From assembly GCA_963693055.1 (NCBI GenBank), contig OY843751.1, forward strand, positions 5,696,001-5,760,000: a stretch of DNA of 64,000 bases. Reading direction: 5' to 3'. Shown in pieces: positions 20,158-30,411 of the stretch; the first letter of the stretch is position 1; each line of letters starts with the position of its first letter. The notes beneath the pieces are model-generated. The model saw only the letters and a program-made list of their open reading frames with translations. It had not been told where the DNA came from and did not search any database. Made by a program: the position numbers and the translations under genes. Origin of the DNA: a bacterium. GTDB lineage: Bacteria > Zhuqueibacterota > Zhuqueibacteria > Residuimicrobiales > Krinioviventaceae.

Positions 20158-21189
20158 ATGATAAAATTTATTACTGGTGATATTTTTAAAGTAGAAGCGG
20201 AAGCTATTGTTAATACAGTTAATTGTGTCGGTATTATGGGACGAGGACTGGCACTCCAATTTAAAATTAGGTACCCAGAAAATTATAATGAATATTATGA
20301 TGCCTGTAAAAAAAACAAAGTTCAACCTGGAAAAATGTTTCTTCATGAAACTGGAAAACTTGTCTATCCTAAATACATAATAAACTTTCCAACTAAAAGA
20401 CATTGGAGAGGTAAAAGTAGAATTCAAGATATCGAAGAAGGATTAAAAGATCTTATTAAGATAATTCAGAAAAAGAAAATTACGTCCATAGCGATACCCC
20501 CCTTAGGTAGTGGTCTGGGTGGTCTTGATTGGTCTGAAGTGAAAACAGTTATAAATAAACAATTAGAATGTTTAAAAGAAATCGAGATCATGGTATTTGA
20601 GCCACATAATCCAGATACAATAGAAAAAAAAGTGAAAAACAAAGATATTCCCAATATGACTCCTGGGCGGGCCGCACTTATTGAATTGATTCACCGTTAT
20701 CTTGGCGGATTACTCGATCCTTTCGTAACATTATTAGAAATACATAAATTAATGTATTTTTTGCAAGAATCTGGTGAAGATCTTAAACTCAATTACAAAG
20801 CAGGTCCCTATGGCCCCTACGCAGAGAATCTTCGTCATGTACTCCAAAGAATAGAAGGGCATTATATATCGGGATATGAAGATGGAGGAGATAATCCAGC
20901 TAAAAGATTATCACTTGTTCCTGGTGCGTATAATGAAGCATCGGAATTTTTAAAAAACCACAATGAAACTAAAAATCGATTTGATAGAGTATCTGAACTT
21001 GTTGATGGATTTGAATCCTCATATGGTTTAGAATTATTATCGACAGTCCACTGGGTAAAAAAAACGAATTCATTAAATACTTTAGATAGTATTATAAAAA
21101 AAACATATATGTGGAATGAACGTAAAAAACAATTCACTCCACGCCAAATTGAGTTAGCACTAAATATTCTTAAACAGAAAAAATGGTGA
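20158..21189 (+). CDS. darG: DarG macrodomain antitoxin
   Basis: GDIF..EAEAIVNTVNCVGIMGRGLALQF, NFPTKRHW, IPPLGSGLGGL; DarG C-terminal HKLMYFLQ..YGPYA, GLELLSTVHW. Confidence 0.9.
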   Translation: MIKFITGDIFKVEAEAIVNTVNCVGIMGRGLALQFKIRYPENYNEYYDACKKNKVQPGKMFLHETGKLVYPKYIINFPTKRHWRGKSRIQDIEEGLKDLIKIIQKKKITSIAIPPLGSGLGGLDWSEVKTVINKQLECLKEIEIMVFEPHNPDTIEKKVKNKDIPNMTPGRAALIELIHRYLGGLLDPFVTLLEIHKLMYFLQESGEDLKLNYKAGPYGPYAENLRHVLQRIEGHYISGYEDGGDNPAKRLSLVPGAYNEASEFLKNHNETKNRFDRVSELVDGFESSYGLELLSTVHWVKKTNSLNTLDSIIKKTYMWNERKKQFTPRQIELALNILKQKKW

Positions 21190-21569
21190 ATCTTTTTCTT
21201 AATCCTTCGACACTATCCGCAACAGAACCCTCTATACTTATCTCCATCTCGATCATGTATAGTAAGCTGTTGCTCTGCGTTTCATTTTTTGGGTTCTAAG
21301 GCAGAGTCACTGGAACCAGAAACGCAAAATCTTTACTCATCTCTCCGTGCCCGTAGTTCATCCGCACACTTGCTGACGCCTCAGTATAAGGATTGAACAA
21401 GCCACAAAGCTCACAAAAAAACATTCATACGTGACGGAGAGTGCTACGCTTATCTCCGTCACGATCAGTGAGTATAGATTCTTCTCTGGGTCCTCTGCTC
21501 CTCTGCGTTTTATCTTTTAGGTTCCAGGGCAGAGCCACTGGCCCTTGTGGTGTAATAAATCATACACGA

Positions 21570-22553
21570 TCAGGGACCATAAACAAGAACAACCCCGCTG
21601 TTTGTGATTGCCCAGCCTTTTGATTCATTCAGGAAATACATATCCGTAATATAACCCATATCTTCATTTTCAAACTGAACATTCCACGAGTTTCCGCCAT
21701 CTGATGTATGATAAATTTTAGTTACCTGGGTTAACCATCCTTTTTCAGCATTTACAAATTGAATAATACCTAAAGACAATCCAGGCAGCGCTGCCTGACG
21801 TTGCCATGTTGCCCCTCCATCAATAGTTTTATATACTGAAGCACTGTCATGAATGGTCGAACTAGGTCCCCAATCTTCTGTCATCCATCCAAAATTGTCA
21901 TCCAAAAAGTATATACTCATAGACCATGCAGTTGGGGTCTGGCATTGATTCCAGGTATTGCCGCCATCAATTGTTTTCATCAATTTAACACCAAGTGCAT
22001 CTCTTGCAAATCCAACAGAACTATTGGGGAAGAACAAATACGAGAAACCCCATGAATCGAGTTGACTCTTTAATGTCCAATCTTTTCCCATATTTGTTGA
22101 ATTAAATATTTCTCCGTAATTTGAGACAAACCACACATTATTATCCTTATCAGAACAGATGCTACTGAATATTGTTGAACAATCGCTTTTGATATCAACA
22201 GCATTCCAATTCTTACCGCCATCATGAGTGTAAAGCAAGGTATTATCATATCCCGCAGCAAATCCTTTTTGATTGTCAATAAAATAGATGGAAACCAGTT
22301 TAGCTGTGGTACCGCTGTTTTGTCTTTGCCAAGTCGTGCCGCCATTGTTCGAATAAAAGATATCTCCACTATTGCCGACGATCCAGCCATTATCAGGGTC
22401 GACAAAATAAATATCCCGTATTCCGGAATTTACCGTTGATGCACCCTTCCAACTCTCATTTCCTGGTTCAGGCAACAGTGGATTTTTGGATGTTTCACAG
22501 CTCAAAATACAAAGTGTTATCAATAGCGGAACTAGAAATTTTGCTGTTTTCAT
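21570..22553 (-). CDS. YCF48/BNR-repeat beta-propeller lipoprotein
   Basis: Repeated T-x-D-G-G-x-x-W and F-x-D-x-x-x-G-W units; lipobox ILSC. Start inferred at MKTAKF. Confidence 0.8.
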   Translation of the reverse strand: MKTAKFLVPLLITLCILSCETSKNPLLPEPGNESWKGASTVNSGIRDIYFVDPDNGWIVGNSGDIFYSNNGGTTWQRQNSGTTAKLVSIYFIDNQKGFAAGYDNTLLYTHDGGKNWNAVDIKSDCSTIFSSICSDKDNNVWFVSNYGEIFNSTNMGKDWTLKSQLDSWGFSYLFFPNSSVGFARDALGVKLMKTIDGGNTWNQCQTPTAWSMSIYFLDDNFGWMTEDWGPSSTIHDSASVYKTIDGGATWQRQAALPGLSLGIIQFVNAEKGWLTQVTKIYHTSDGGNSWNVQFENEDMGYITDMYFLNESKGWAITNSGVVLVYGP

Positions 22554-22977
22554 TATACATTCTCCCCATATTTTGTTGTAGGCTACAAACATTTTTAGAC
22601 TGCACATATTTTATAAAAAATCAATGCATCATCAGAATATAGTATTTGAAAATCATTCCGCCCTGAAATCCCCAGATCAGTGTCGCATATATCTATAGAT
22701 ATAAAATCCCGGCAATAAATACAAGACTTTTTTTATTTAATATCAATATAATGTGACGGAGTTTAGTGGGGCAGTCTCAATTACAGGATAATCAGATCGA
22801 TAATGAAAAACACAATAATAATAACCGCAGAGGCACTGGAACCAGAAATTAGGTGTATTTGGAGTGCGGCGCCTTTATGCGCCGCGTAGGGCCGTTGGTC
22901 CGATATAAATTGGGCCTTAAGATCAAATGTTAAATATTTATGAAAGCATCTTTTGTTCAAAATTTTTATTATAATAT

Positions 22978-24309
22978 CACTACTGTCCCAACGTTAGGGG
23001 AAAGTAGTGATTGTATTTAATTGTTAATTATATCTTTACGCTATCATTTTTAACGGGAACGATTTGAATTAAATTATTACATTTCACCATTCTATCACAA
23101 CAAAACAATGGCGGAGGAATGGCGAAATGCACGAAGGGAAAACTGTTTTTTCTCAAATAATGGAATTCCTGCCTTTAAAGGCATTCCATCGTTGCGTCCA
23201 CAAATACAGAGGAGAGTATAAAGTTAAATCCTTCTCGTGTCTTGATCAATTTTATTGCATGGCTTTTGCCCAACTCACTTTCCGAGATAGTTTGAGAGAT
23301 ATAGAAGCTTGTTTAAGATCACAACGAAAACTACTTTACCACATGGGTTTTCGCAGCATAGTTGCTCGAAATACTTTGGCTAATGCAAATGAACATCGAG
23401 ACTGGCGCATCTATGCTGAATTTGCTCAAATACTTATTAATCAGGCCCGCAAGTTATATCGTGATGAAAAATTCGGCCTTGAATTAAAAGAAATGGTTTA
23501 CGCATTAGATTCAACAACAATTGACTTGTGCCTTTCTTTATTTCCATGGGCCAGATTTAGAAAATCAAAAGGTGCTATAAAAGTGCATACTCAAATGGAC
23601 CTTCGTGGTAACATACCAACTTTTATAGAGATAACTGAAGGGAAAATCCACGATGTTAACATTCTTGATATGTTGATTCCTGAGCCTGGCGCCATATATT
23701 TGCTAGACAAGGGTTACATAGATTTTGAGCGTCTGTATAGATTCCATCAAGCTGGAGCCTTTTTTGTCATTCCGGCAAAGTCGAACCTTAAAGCTAAAAG
23801 GGTCTATTCACATCCGGTTAATAAAAGTACAGGTCTTCGATGTGATCAAACAGTTTCTTTAGTGAATTACTATGCATCACGAGATTATCCTGAAAGACTC
23901 AGACGCGTTAAAATATACATAACTGATCAAAAACGAACGCTCGTTTTGTTGACAAATATTTTTAACTTGCCGGCATTAACTATTCCTGAACTATATAGAT
24001 GCCGCTGGCAAATTGAATTGTTTTTTAAATGGATAAAACAAAACCTAAAAATTAAGTCCTTTTATGGCACTTCAGTCAATGCCGTTAAATCGCAAATATG
24101 GATTGCAATATGTATATACGTGCTTATAGCGATAATAAAGAAACGTTTGAATATTGCGATTCCGCTCTACACTTTTTTGCAAATATTAAGCGTTAATATG
24201 TTTCAAAGAACTCCTATTTTACAGTTACTTAGCAACAATGATAATCTTACTCATGGCTTACAAAATGATAACCAATTGAATTTATTCAACTAATATTGGG
24301 ACAGTAGTG
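22978..24309 (+). mobile_element. IS4-family insertion sequence, 1332 bp
   Basis: Terminal IRs CACTACTGTCCCAACGTTAG and CTAATATTGGGACAGTAGTG (18/20 match); 9-bp target duplication TTATAATAT at 22969-22977 and 24310-24318. Confidence 0.95.
23127..24293 (+). CDS. IS4-family DDE transposase (DUF4372 N-terminus)
   Basis: ALDSTTI, LLDKGY and YRCRWQIELFFKWIKQ (YREK-type motif). Confidence 0.95.
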   Translation: MHEGKTVFSQIMEFLPLKAFHRCVHKYRGEYKVKSFSCLDQFYCMAFAQLTFRDSLRDIEACLRSQRKLLYHMGFRSIVARNTLANANEHRDWRIYAEFAQILINQARKLYRDEKFGLELKEMVYALDSTTIDLCLSLFPWARFRKSKGAIKVHTQMDLRGNIPTFIEITEGKIHDVNILDMLIPEPGAIYLLDKGYIDFERLYRFHQAGAFFVIPAKSNLKAKRVYSHPVNKSTGLRCDQTVSLVNYYASRDYPERLRRVKIYITDQKRTLVLLTNIFNLPALTIPELYRCRWQIELFFKWIKQNLKIKSFYGTSVNAVKSQIWIAICIYVLIAIIKKRLNIAIPLYTFLQILSVNMFQRTPILQLLSNNDNLTHGLQNDNQLNLFN

Positions 24310-24571
24310 TTATAATATAATTGTTATGAGGCCGTCTCCGACGGCCCGCTGTACATAAAGGTACAGCACTCCACGTCTTTTTTTACTTTTCTCTGGAATT
24401 ATTCTGTTTTAATTTATTTTTACACAACCTGATAATTTGGGCAAGAAGTTACGTGACGGAAACCGCTGTGCTCTTTGTGTCTCTGTGGTGATTTATTTGA
24501 GCCGCTTGTTGAAATTAAACCTATAAATCCCTATATTTTCGCATTCAACAACACCCTTGAAGGATATGAAC

Positions 24572-25192
24572 ATGAAAGAACTGTACGACGGCATTATCAA
24601 ATTCAATCAAACCGATTTCCTGGAGCACAAGGACCTGTTTGCCAGTATCGGCAAACAGCAGACTCCGCACACGCTGTTTATCAGTTGCTCGGATTCCCGT
24701 ATAGTTCCCACCTTGATCACCAAAACGCTGCCCGGTGATTTGTTCATCATTCGCAATATTGCCAACATGGTTCCCCATTACCGCCTGTCTAACGAGTTCC
24801 TATCCACCACTTCAGCAATCGAATATGCCGTGCAGGTACTGGACGTGAAAAACATTGTGGTTTGCGGACATTCAAACTGCGGCGGTTGCAAAGCCCTCTA
24901 TGCGGAAAAGGCATTCATGAAAAAGCTACCCCATACCCAAAGATGGCTGGAACTTGCACAAAAGGTCAAAACCAAAATTGAAACAGAGAATATTACTGAT
25001 CCAGCAGAGCGCGAGTGGAAAACAGAACAATTGAACGTTGTTGAACAATTGAACCACCTGTTGACCTATCCCTATATTGAAGAACGGGTAGAGAACAATA
25101 CATTGAGTATTCTGGGTTGGTATTATATTATAGAAACCGGAGAAGTCTTTAATTATGATCTGGAGAAAAAAGAGTTTATTCTGGTAGAGTAA
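24572..25192 (+). CDS. Beta-class carbonic anhydrase
   Basis: CSDSR, RNIAN and HSNCGG zinc motifs. Start inferred from the AAGGA RBS. Confidence 0.92.
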   Translation: MKELYDGIIKFNQTDFLEHKDLFASIGKQQTPHTLFISCSDSRIVPTLITKTLPGDLFIIRNIANMVPHYRLSNEFLSTTSAIEYAVQVLDVKNIVVCGHSNCGGCKALYAEKAFMKKLPHTQRWLELAQKVKTKIETENITDPAEREWKTEQLNVVEQLNHLLTYPYIEERVENNTLSILGWYYIIETGEVFNYDLEKKEFILVE

Positions 25193-25316
25193 CAAGCTAT
25201 TCGGGAAAGAAAGCACCGCGCTCAACAATTACGATCAAAAAACCGGCCCGGTTTCCCGATCCGTCACTTGACAGATCGGGATGTATCAAAAGACCGGTTT
25301 TCATAAATTCTACAAT

Positions 25317-27842
25317 CTATCCTGTAGTCAAAGACGGTGGGACCGATTCTGGTGCACTGCCCCACCCGGTATTGGGCTGGGGACCCATATTAAATATGAG
25401 CGTACCGCCATTGACAATTTCCTCATGTGAGATCCAGTTTTTGGTAAAGGGTTTGCCATTCAGCGTTGCCGACTGGATATAGATATTCTCTGCAGATACA
25501 TTGTCTGCCTTGACGGTAAAAGTTTTATTGTCAAAATATTCACCCAGATTCAGGGTTGCTTCCTCAAACAGGGGTGTACCAATCACAAATACATTTTGCC
25601 CCGGTGCTACGGGATAAAATCCCAACGCACTGAAAATGTACCATGCGGACATTTGGCCCATATCATCGTTGCCGCACAAGCCATCCGGACCGGTGCCGTA
25701 CATTTTATTGCGCACCTCGTTTACCCATTTCTGGGTTTTCCACGGTTGCCCAACATAATTGAACAAATACGCTACATGGTGGACCGGCTCATTGCCGTGA
25801 ACATACTGACCAATCTTGCTGCGGAGCGGTGCGTATTGCCGTTCTCCTGATTCTTTGGGAGACATGACAAAAAGACTGTCGAGTTTTTCTATAAAGGCAT
25901 CTTTGCCGCCCATAAGCTGGCTCAGGCCATAAATATCGTGCGGCACATACCACAGGTACTGCCACGCGCTCGATTCGGTAAAATGACGATTGGGACTCAC
26001 CCCCACCCACAAGGGATCAAAACAGCTGTAATAGGGGTGCACATCGGTAGTGACAATGTGGGGCAATTCATTATTACACATGCCCAGCCACGAGCCGTCA
26101 ATCATACGGGGACGCATAAATCCGGTTTGCATATCATACAGGTTGCGGTAATACAAAGAACGATTGCTGAAATAGACAGCGTCATCTTCTTTACCAAGGG
26201 CTTTGGCAATCTCTGCCATACACCAGTCGTCATAAGCATCTTCAAGTGTTACGGATACAGACTCGCGCACCTTGTCCGCGGGAATGTATTTCATCTTTAT
26301 ATAATAATCCAGCCCATAGCGGCTCCAGGGACGTTCTCCCGGCTCCATGGCATTTTTACGCATGGCTTCGTATGCCTTTTCCACATCATAATCGCGCAAA
26401 CCTTTCATGTACGAATCCACAATAACAGAAGTTGCGTGATCGCCAATCATAACCGCCTGGTAATGGTTCTTGTAGCTCACATGAAGGGGCAGTCTTCCGC
26501 CCTGATCGTACATGGTCAGAAACGTTCTGATCATCTCGTTCTGTCGTTCAGGCTCTAAATACGCCAACAGGGGATGGTGCGCCCGGTAGGTGTCCCAAAG
26601 GGAGAAATCCACATAATAGCGAGCATCGGGACTGCCGTGCACTGCGTCATCAAAGTGGCTGTAATATTTGCCGTCAACATCAGAAAATACACGGGGAAAC
26701 ATGTGCGCGTGATACATGGACGAATAGAATATAATCTTCTGGTCTTCCGTAGCACCCTTGATGGCGATTTTGTCCAGCTTTTTGTTCCATTTGTCTCTGG
26801 CTGCCTGATGCACTTGTTCAAAATCCCAGTGCGGCAGCTCTGCCTCCATATTCTTTTTAGCACCATCTATGCTGACAAAAGAGATTCCCACTTTGATCAA
26901 AACCTGCTCACCTTGAGTTGTGGTAAAATTCAAAACAGCTCCTACGCCGTCTCTACCTGAGATCTCTTTTTGTCCATCATATACCGTTTCACCATTCCAG
27001 GTACTCACAGAAGAGAATGGTTTGCTGAATTCCGCGTAATAATAACAGGTAAGTGGCAAATTATAAGAGCCTTCCATATCACCTGTTACATATCCCTCAA
27101 TCTGGTGATCGCTCAGGATTTTTACATGTGCGTCACGGTCCGGGGTAAGCGAGTGCGTCACATCCATAATGATATGCGCATTGTCAGATTCCGGAAATGT
27201 ATAGCGATGAAGCCCCACACGCTCGGTCACGGTCATCTCGGCTTTAATGCCGTAATCTTGCAGGTTTACTGCATAGTAACCGGGACTTGTTACTTCTTCA
27301 TCATGGCTGTATGCAGATTCATATCCGTGAAAGGTCTCTTCCGAGTAATAGCCATCTTCATCCATATTGTATTCGTCCAGAATTATCAACTTTTCTTCAT
27401 TGACGATTGCGCGCTGTTTCTTCTCCCTTTCTTTTGCGGATAATCGCTGTAACCGTTTCTCTGCTCGTTTTGCGGCTTCGGCATTTAGCTCTTTTTGAAC
27501 GCCCGGCATAATTTCTACATCACCAACTGTGGGCATGATCAACACGTTATTATAGTGCGTTTTGGTATAAGGCCCCGTTCCGCTCAAATGGGTATGACTG
27601 AAACCCAAAATAGACTTTCCGGCATAACTATAAGCTTTGACTCCCTGGTATCCGTTATCAGGACTTAGTTGCACCATACCAAATGGCAAACATGCCCCGG
27701 GAAACGTGTGACCGGCAGCATCTGTTCCAATCATGGGATTCACATAATCCACGGATTGCTTGCCGCCACTTGAACAATTTACAAAAACATTCATCAGCAA
27801 AAACATCAATACAACGGGGAGCAGTTTTAGCAATTTTGACAT
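25317..27842 (-). CDS. GH92 alpha-mannosidase (lipoprotein)
   Basis: GHTFPGA..PFGMVQLSPD, FSHTHLSGTG, SLWDTYR, HGNEP and GNDDMGQMSAW. Confidence 0.93.
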   Translation of the reverse strand: MSKLLKLLPVVLMFLLMNVFVNCSSGGKQSVDYVNPMIGTDAAGHTFPGACLPFGMVQLSPDNGYQGVKAYSYAGKSILGFSHTHLSGTGPYTKTHYNNVLIMPTVGDVEIMPGVQKELNAEAAKRAEKRLQRLSAKEREKKQRAIVNEEKLIILDEYNMDEDGYYSEETFHGYESAYSHDEEVTSPGYYAVNLQDYGIKAEMTVTERVGLHRYTFPESDNAHIIMDVTHSLTPDRDAHVKILSDHQIEGYVTGDMEGSYNLPLTCYYYAEFSKPFSSVSTWNGETVYDGQKEISGRDGVGAVLNFTTTQGEQVLIKVGISFVSIDGAKKNMEAELPHWDFEQVHQAARDKWNKKLDKIAIKGATEDQKIIFYSSMYHAHMFPRVFSDVDGKYYSHFDDAVHGSPDARYYVDFSLWDTYRAHHPLLAYLEPERQNEMIRTFLTMYDQGGRLPLHVSYKNHYQAVMIGDHATSVIVDSYMKGLRDYDVEKAYEAMRKNAMEPGERPWSRYGLDYYIKMKYIPADKVRESVSVTLEDAYDDWCMAEIAKALGKEDDAVYFSNRSLYYRNLYDMQTGFMRPRMIDGSWLGMCNNELPHIVTTDVHPYYSCFDPLWVGVSPNRHFTESSAWQYLWYVPHDIYGLSQLMGGKDAFIEKLDSLFVMSPKESGERQYAPLRSKIGQYVHGNEPVHHVAYLFNYVGQPWKTQKWVNEVRNKMYGTGPDGLCGNDDMGQMSAWYIFSALGFYPVAPGQNVFVIGTPLFEEATLNLGEYFDNKTFTVKADNVSAENIYIQSATLNGKPFTKNWISHEEIVNGGTLIFNMGPQPNTGWGSAPESVPPSLTTG

Positions 27843-27993
27843 GTCAAACTCCGGTTATTTACAGCGTGAATTCAAATTTACATCAGACGAGTAAAAGAAT
27901 ATATAAAAGGCTTTTAAAAAATCAAAGATTTTCTCAAATCTTTTCCCCAGTCAACAGCTTAAAAAAAGCGAATAGCCAATAAATCTGTCATTT

Positions 27994-28095
27994 TTATTTT
28001 CGACGAACAACTCGTGTTACCCAAACACCAGGGGTTACCTCGTTACGAACCACTGCCATATGCAACTGTCAATTCGAACACAAACAAGCGGTACA
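27994..28095 (-). pseudogene. Displaced duplicate of the methyltransferase 3' end
   Basis: Degenerate direct repeat of 28591-28674; reads RNEVTPGVWVTRVVRRK* versus RNEVTLGVWVTRLQRIGKE*. Confidence 0.75.
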
Positions 28096-28105
28096 TATCA
28101 TGCAT

Positions 28106-28540
28106 TTAGCAAATGTTTCTTTCCCAATGCATAACAATTTCAACATGTCCAGTATTTTCATCAATTTGTTCTTTAACTTTGCAAAACCCCATTTTTTTAT
28201 AAAATCTTTCAGCCCTCTGATTCTCCTTATAAACCGATAGAGTCAACGAATCTCTCAACTCTTTAGCTTTATTAATCAATTCTTTGCCTACCCCTGTATT
28301 TTGGCACAATGGGCTCACAAATAGCGCTTCCAAAGAATTTTCGTTTAAAGACACAAATCCTTTAATCCCTGATGAATCTTTATATACATACGTTTCTGAC
28401 ATTGGTATGTAGATATTACGCATATCGTCAATTTTTGAGGCCCAATACCTATTATCAATAAAGTCATGCGCATTAATTGATGCCTCGTACCATATATCAA
28501 TAATCGCTTGCAAATCCTCTTTTTTGTAACCCTGTATCAT
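28106..28540 (-). CDS. GNAT N-acetyltransferase (YjaB/YiaC-like)
   Basis: AHDFI, LFVSP..QNTGVG and N.RAERFYKKMGF. Confidence 0.88.
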   Translation of the reverse strand: MIQGYKKEDLQAIIDIWYEASINAHDFIDNRYWASKIDDMRNIYIPMSETYVYKDSSGIKGFVSLNENSLEALFVSPLCQNTGVGKELINKAKELRDSLTLSVYKENQRAERFYKKMGFCKVKEQIDENTGHVEIVMHWERNIC

Positions 28541-28565
28541 TAAAAGCCTGTTATTAAATATGATT

Positions 28566-29441
28566 CTATTCTTTGCCTATCCTTTGAAGCCGTGTCACCC
28601 AAACACCCAAAGTGACCTCGTTACGAATCACCTGCCATATGCGACTGCCAAGCCGTTCTTCTACAACCGGTACAGAGGGAGCATAAATAAACTCACCGCC
28701 CGGCATGAGCGACTCGAGAATCTCCCGGTATCGTAAAAAATACGCGGAAACCCGCTCCGGTTCATTCCGCAGACAATAGACGAGATGGTTGCTGAATCCC
28801 ATGTTAGAGATAACCGTTCCCCATTGCTTTTGCTTTAGATCAAAATCGAACCAGTTGGATTCAATCAAATACGCTTCCGGATTATTAATAAGGCGGTCAA
28901 TGCCAATCGCGTCAATTCCGCCCTCTACCAATTCACGGACGAGATTTCCCTCCGGACCGCAGCCAATATCCAAAACAGGGCCTTGTAGTTTTTCCACATC
29001 AATATTCAACACCCGCAGTTGAAATTCCGCGGAATAGGATTTATTCAGCACTGCTCCAACCTGCGGCTGCTGCTTTAAAGCCTGAATAAAAGCATCCGGA
29101 TAAAAACGCGCCAGCCAGTCCGCAAGACGGTAATGATGGTCCCTCATAACTGCATCAAAATTGTGCGTATCCATATCGTCCCAGGTAGTATGATATATTT
29201 TTTTCAATTCGCCCATATCCTCTTCAGGAATGTCGATATACTGGTTAATCTGATAGATGGCCTGGATGGACTGACGCGCAGTCTGCTCTATCAGATTATC
29301 AATATCAACAGAGTCTTGATTTTTTAGATCCAGGACCCTGGTTCTGAACGTATCGGTAACAGACAAAACCTGGTCCAGATGATCGAAAAACAGATTGAGA
29401 TGCTGGTTCGCGGTAATTTGGGATTCAATAGCGTGGATCAT
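28566..29441 (-). CDS. Class I SAM-dependent methyltransferase
   Basis: VLDIGCG, GIDR and LMPGGEF. Start inferred at MIHAIE behind GGAGG. Confidence 0.8.
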   Translation of the reverse strand: MIHAIESQITANQHLNLFFDHLDQVLSVTDTFRTRVLDLKNQDSVDIDNLIEQTARQSIQAIYQINQYIDIPEEDMGELKKIYHTTWDDMDTHNFDAVMRDHHYRLADWLARFYPDAFIQALKQQPQVGAVLNKSYSAEFQLRVLNIDVEKLQGPVLDIGCGPEGNLVRELVEGGIDAIGIDRLINNPEAYLIESNWFDFDLKQKQWGTVISNMGFSNHLVYCLRNEPERVSAYFLRYREILESLMPGGEFIYAPSVPVVEERLGSRIWQVIRNEVTLGVWVTRLQRIGKE

Positions 29442-29519
29442 ATTTTCACTTCCTCCCCGTTTCCAGAGTATCCGTTTGTGGAATAAAAACATTCTAGGAT
29501 CGGGCATATATTCCGCAGT

Positions 29520-30368
29520 TTAAAATTTTTGCCGTTTAACAATAAAGTCCCCGGTTTTGGCACCCAGTTTGGATGCGATTCCGTCACACTTGGCTACAAG
29601 TATAAAATAAATATTGGCGTGCACATCCATCAGTGCTTCCAGATTGCCCTGTCCCTTGGATATCACCACATCCGCAGACATGACCGCATCCCTAAACGCC
29701 TGTGAAGCAGTCTCCCACACAGCACCAGGCGAGTTGTCGCCAGTGGTTATGATTCTCGCGTATTCCGGGATTCCTGCAAATTCAGCATCCTCAATCAAGG
29801 CATCATTAATAGCAGGCCCGCCGCGTACCACAAACGTCACATTGGGATGATCCAGTATTTGCAGAAACAACCGGTCCAGTACAATTTCTCCACAATTATC
29901 ACCAATGTACAACAACGACTTGGCAGTTTCTACCTGTTTTTCAAGACGTTTGGAATCATCAATACCCAATTCTGCATCTACCACACGGCTGATGGTTTGC
30001 ATAATGTCCAATTGATTCTGAGGACCAAAATCGATCACATTACCGGCCATTGCCAGTCGTAGGGCCATATCAAAAGGATGGGCTGCCTCGTTTATCATTT
30101 TATCAAACCGGGGCAGCATATCCATCATTTTTTGATTATACTGCTTTTTGATTTCCAGATAAGGATCAGGATTATTCAGCTCTTGCCGGATGATTGCATG
30201 CATTTCGCGCGCCAAAGCCGGTGGAGATTTTTCCAGGTCCGCAGTAGACAAATACCCCAGCAGCCGCTGAGTCGCATCCACATGTTTTTCTTCCGGCAGC
30301 ATGCCGTTACCCAGTAATCGCAAAAAACTGTTAATCATACAGGGAATACAATCCAGAGAGGTCTTCAT
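29520..30368 (-). CDS. ARMT1-like / DUF89 damage-control phosphatase
   Basis: DCIPC, AGNVIDFG, GDNCGE, INDA and SKGQGN.E. Confidence 0.9.
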   Translation of the reverse strand: MKTSLDCIPCMINSFLRLLGNGMLPEEKHVDATQRLLGYLSTADLEKSPPALAREMHAIIRQELNNPDPYLEIKKQYNQKMMDMLPRFDKMINEAAHPFDMALRLAMAGNVIDFGPQNQLDIMQTISRVVDAELGIDDSKRLEKQVETAKSLLYIGDNCGEIVLDRLFLQILDHPNVTFVVRGGPAINDALIEDAEFAGIPEYARIITTGDNSPGAVWETASQAFRDAVMSADVVISKGQGNLEALMDVHANIYFILVAKCDGIASKLGAKTGDFIVKRQKF

Positions 30369-30411
30369 TTATAATTAATTCTTTCCATTTTTTAATATGT
30401 AAATATTATGC

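Larger units (their letters stand above)
22858..24374. repeat. 176-bp palindromic element, copy B, interrupted by IS4
   Basis: 22858-22977 plus 24319-24374 equals 176 bp and is colinear with the reverse complement of 6229-6404. Confidence 0.7.
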
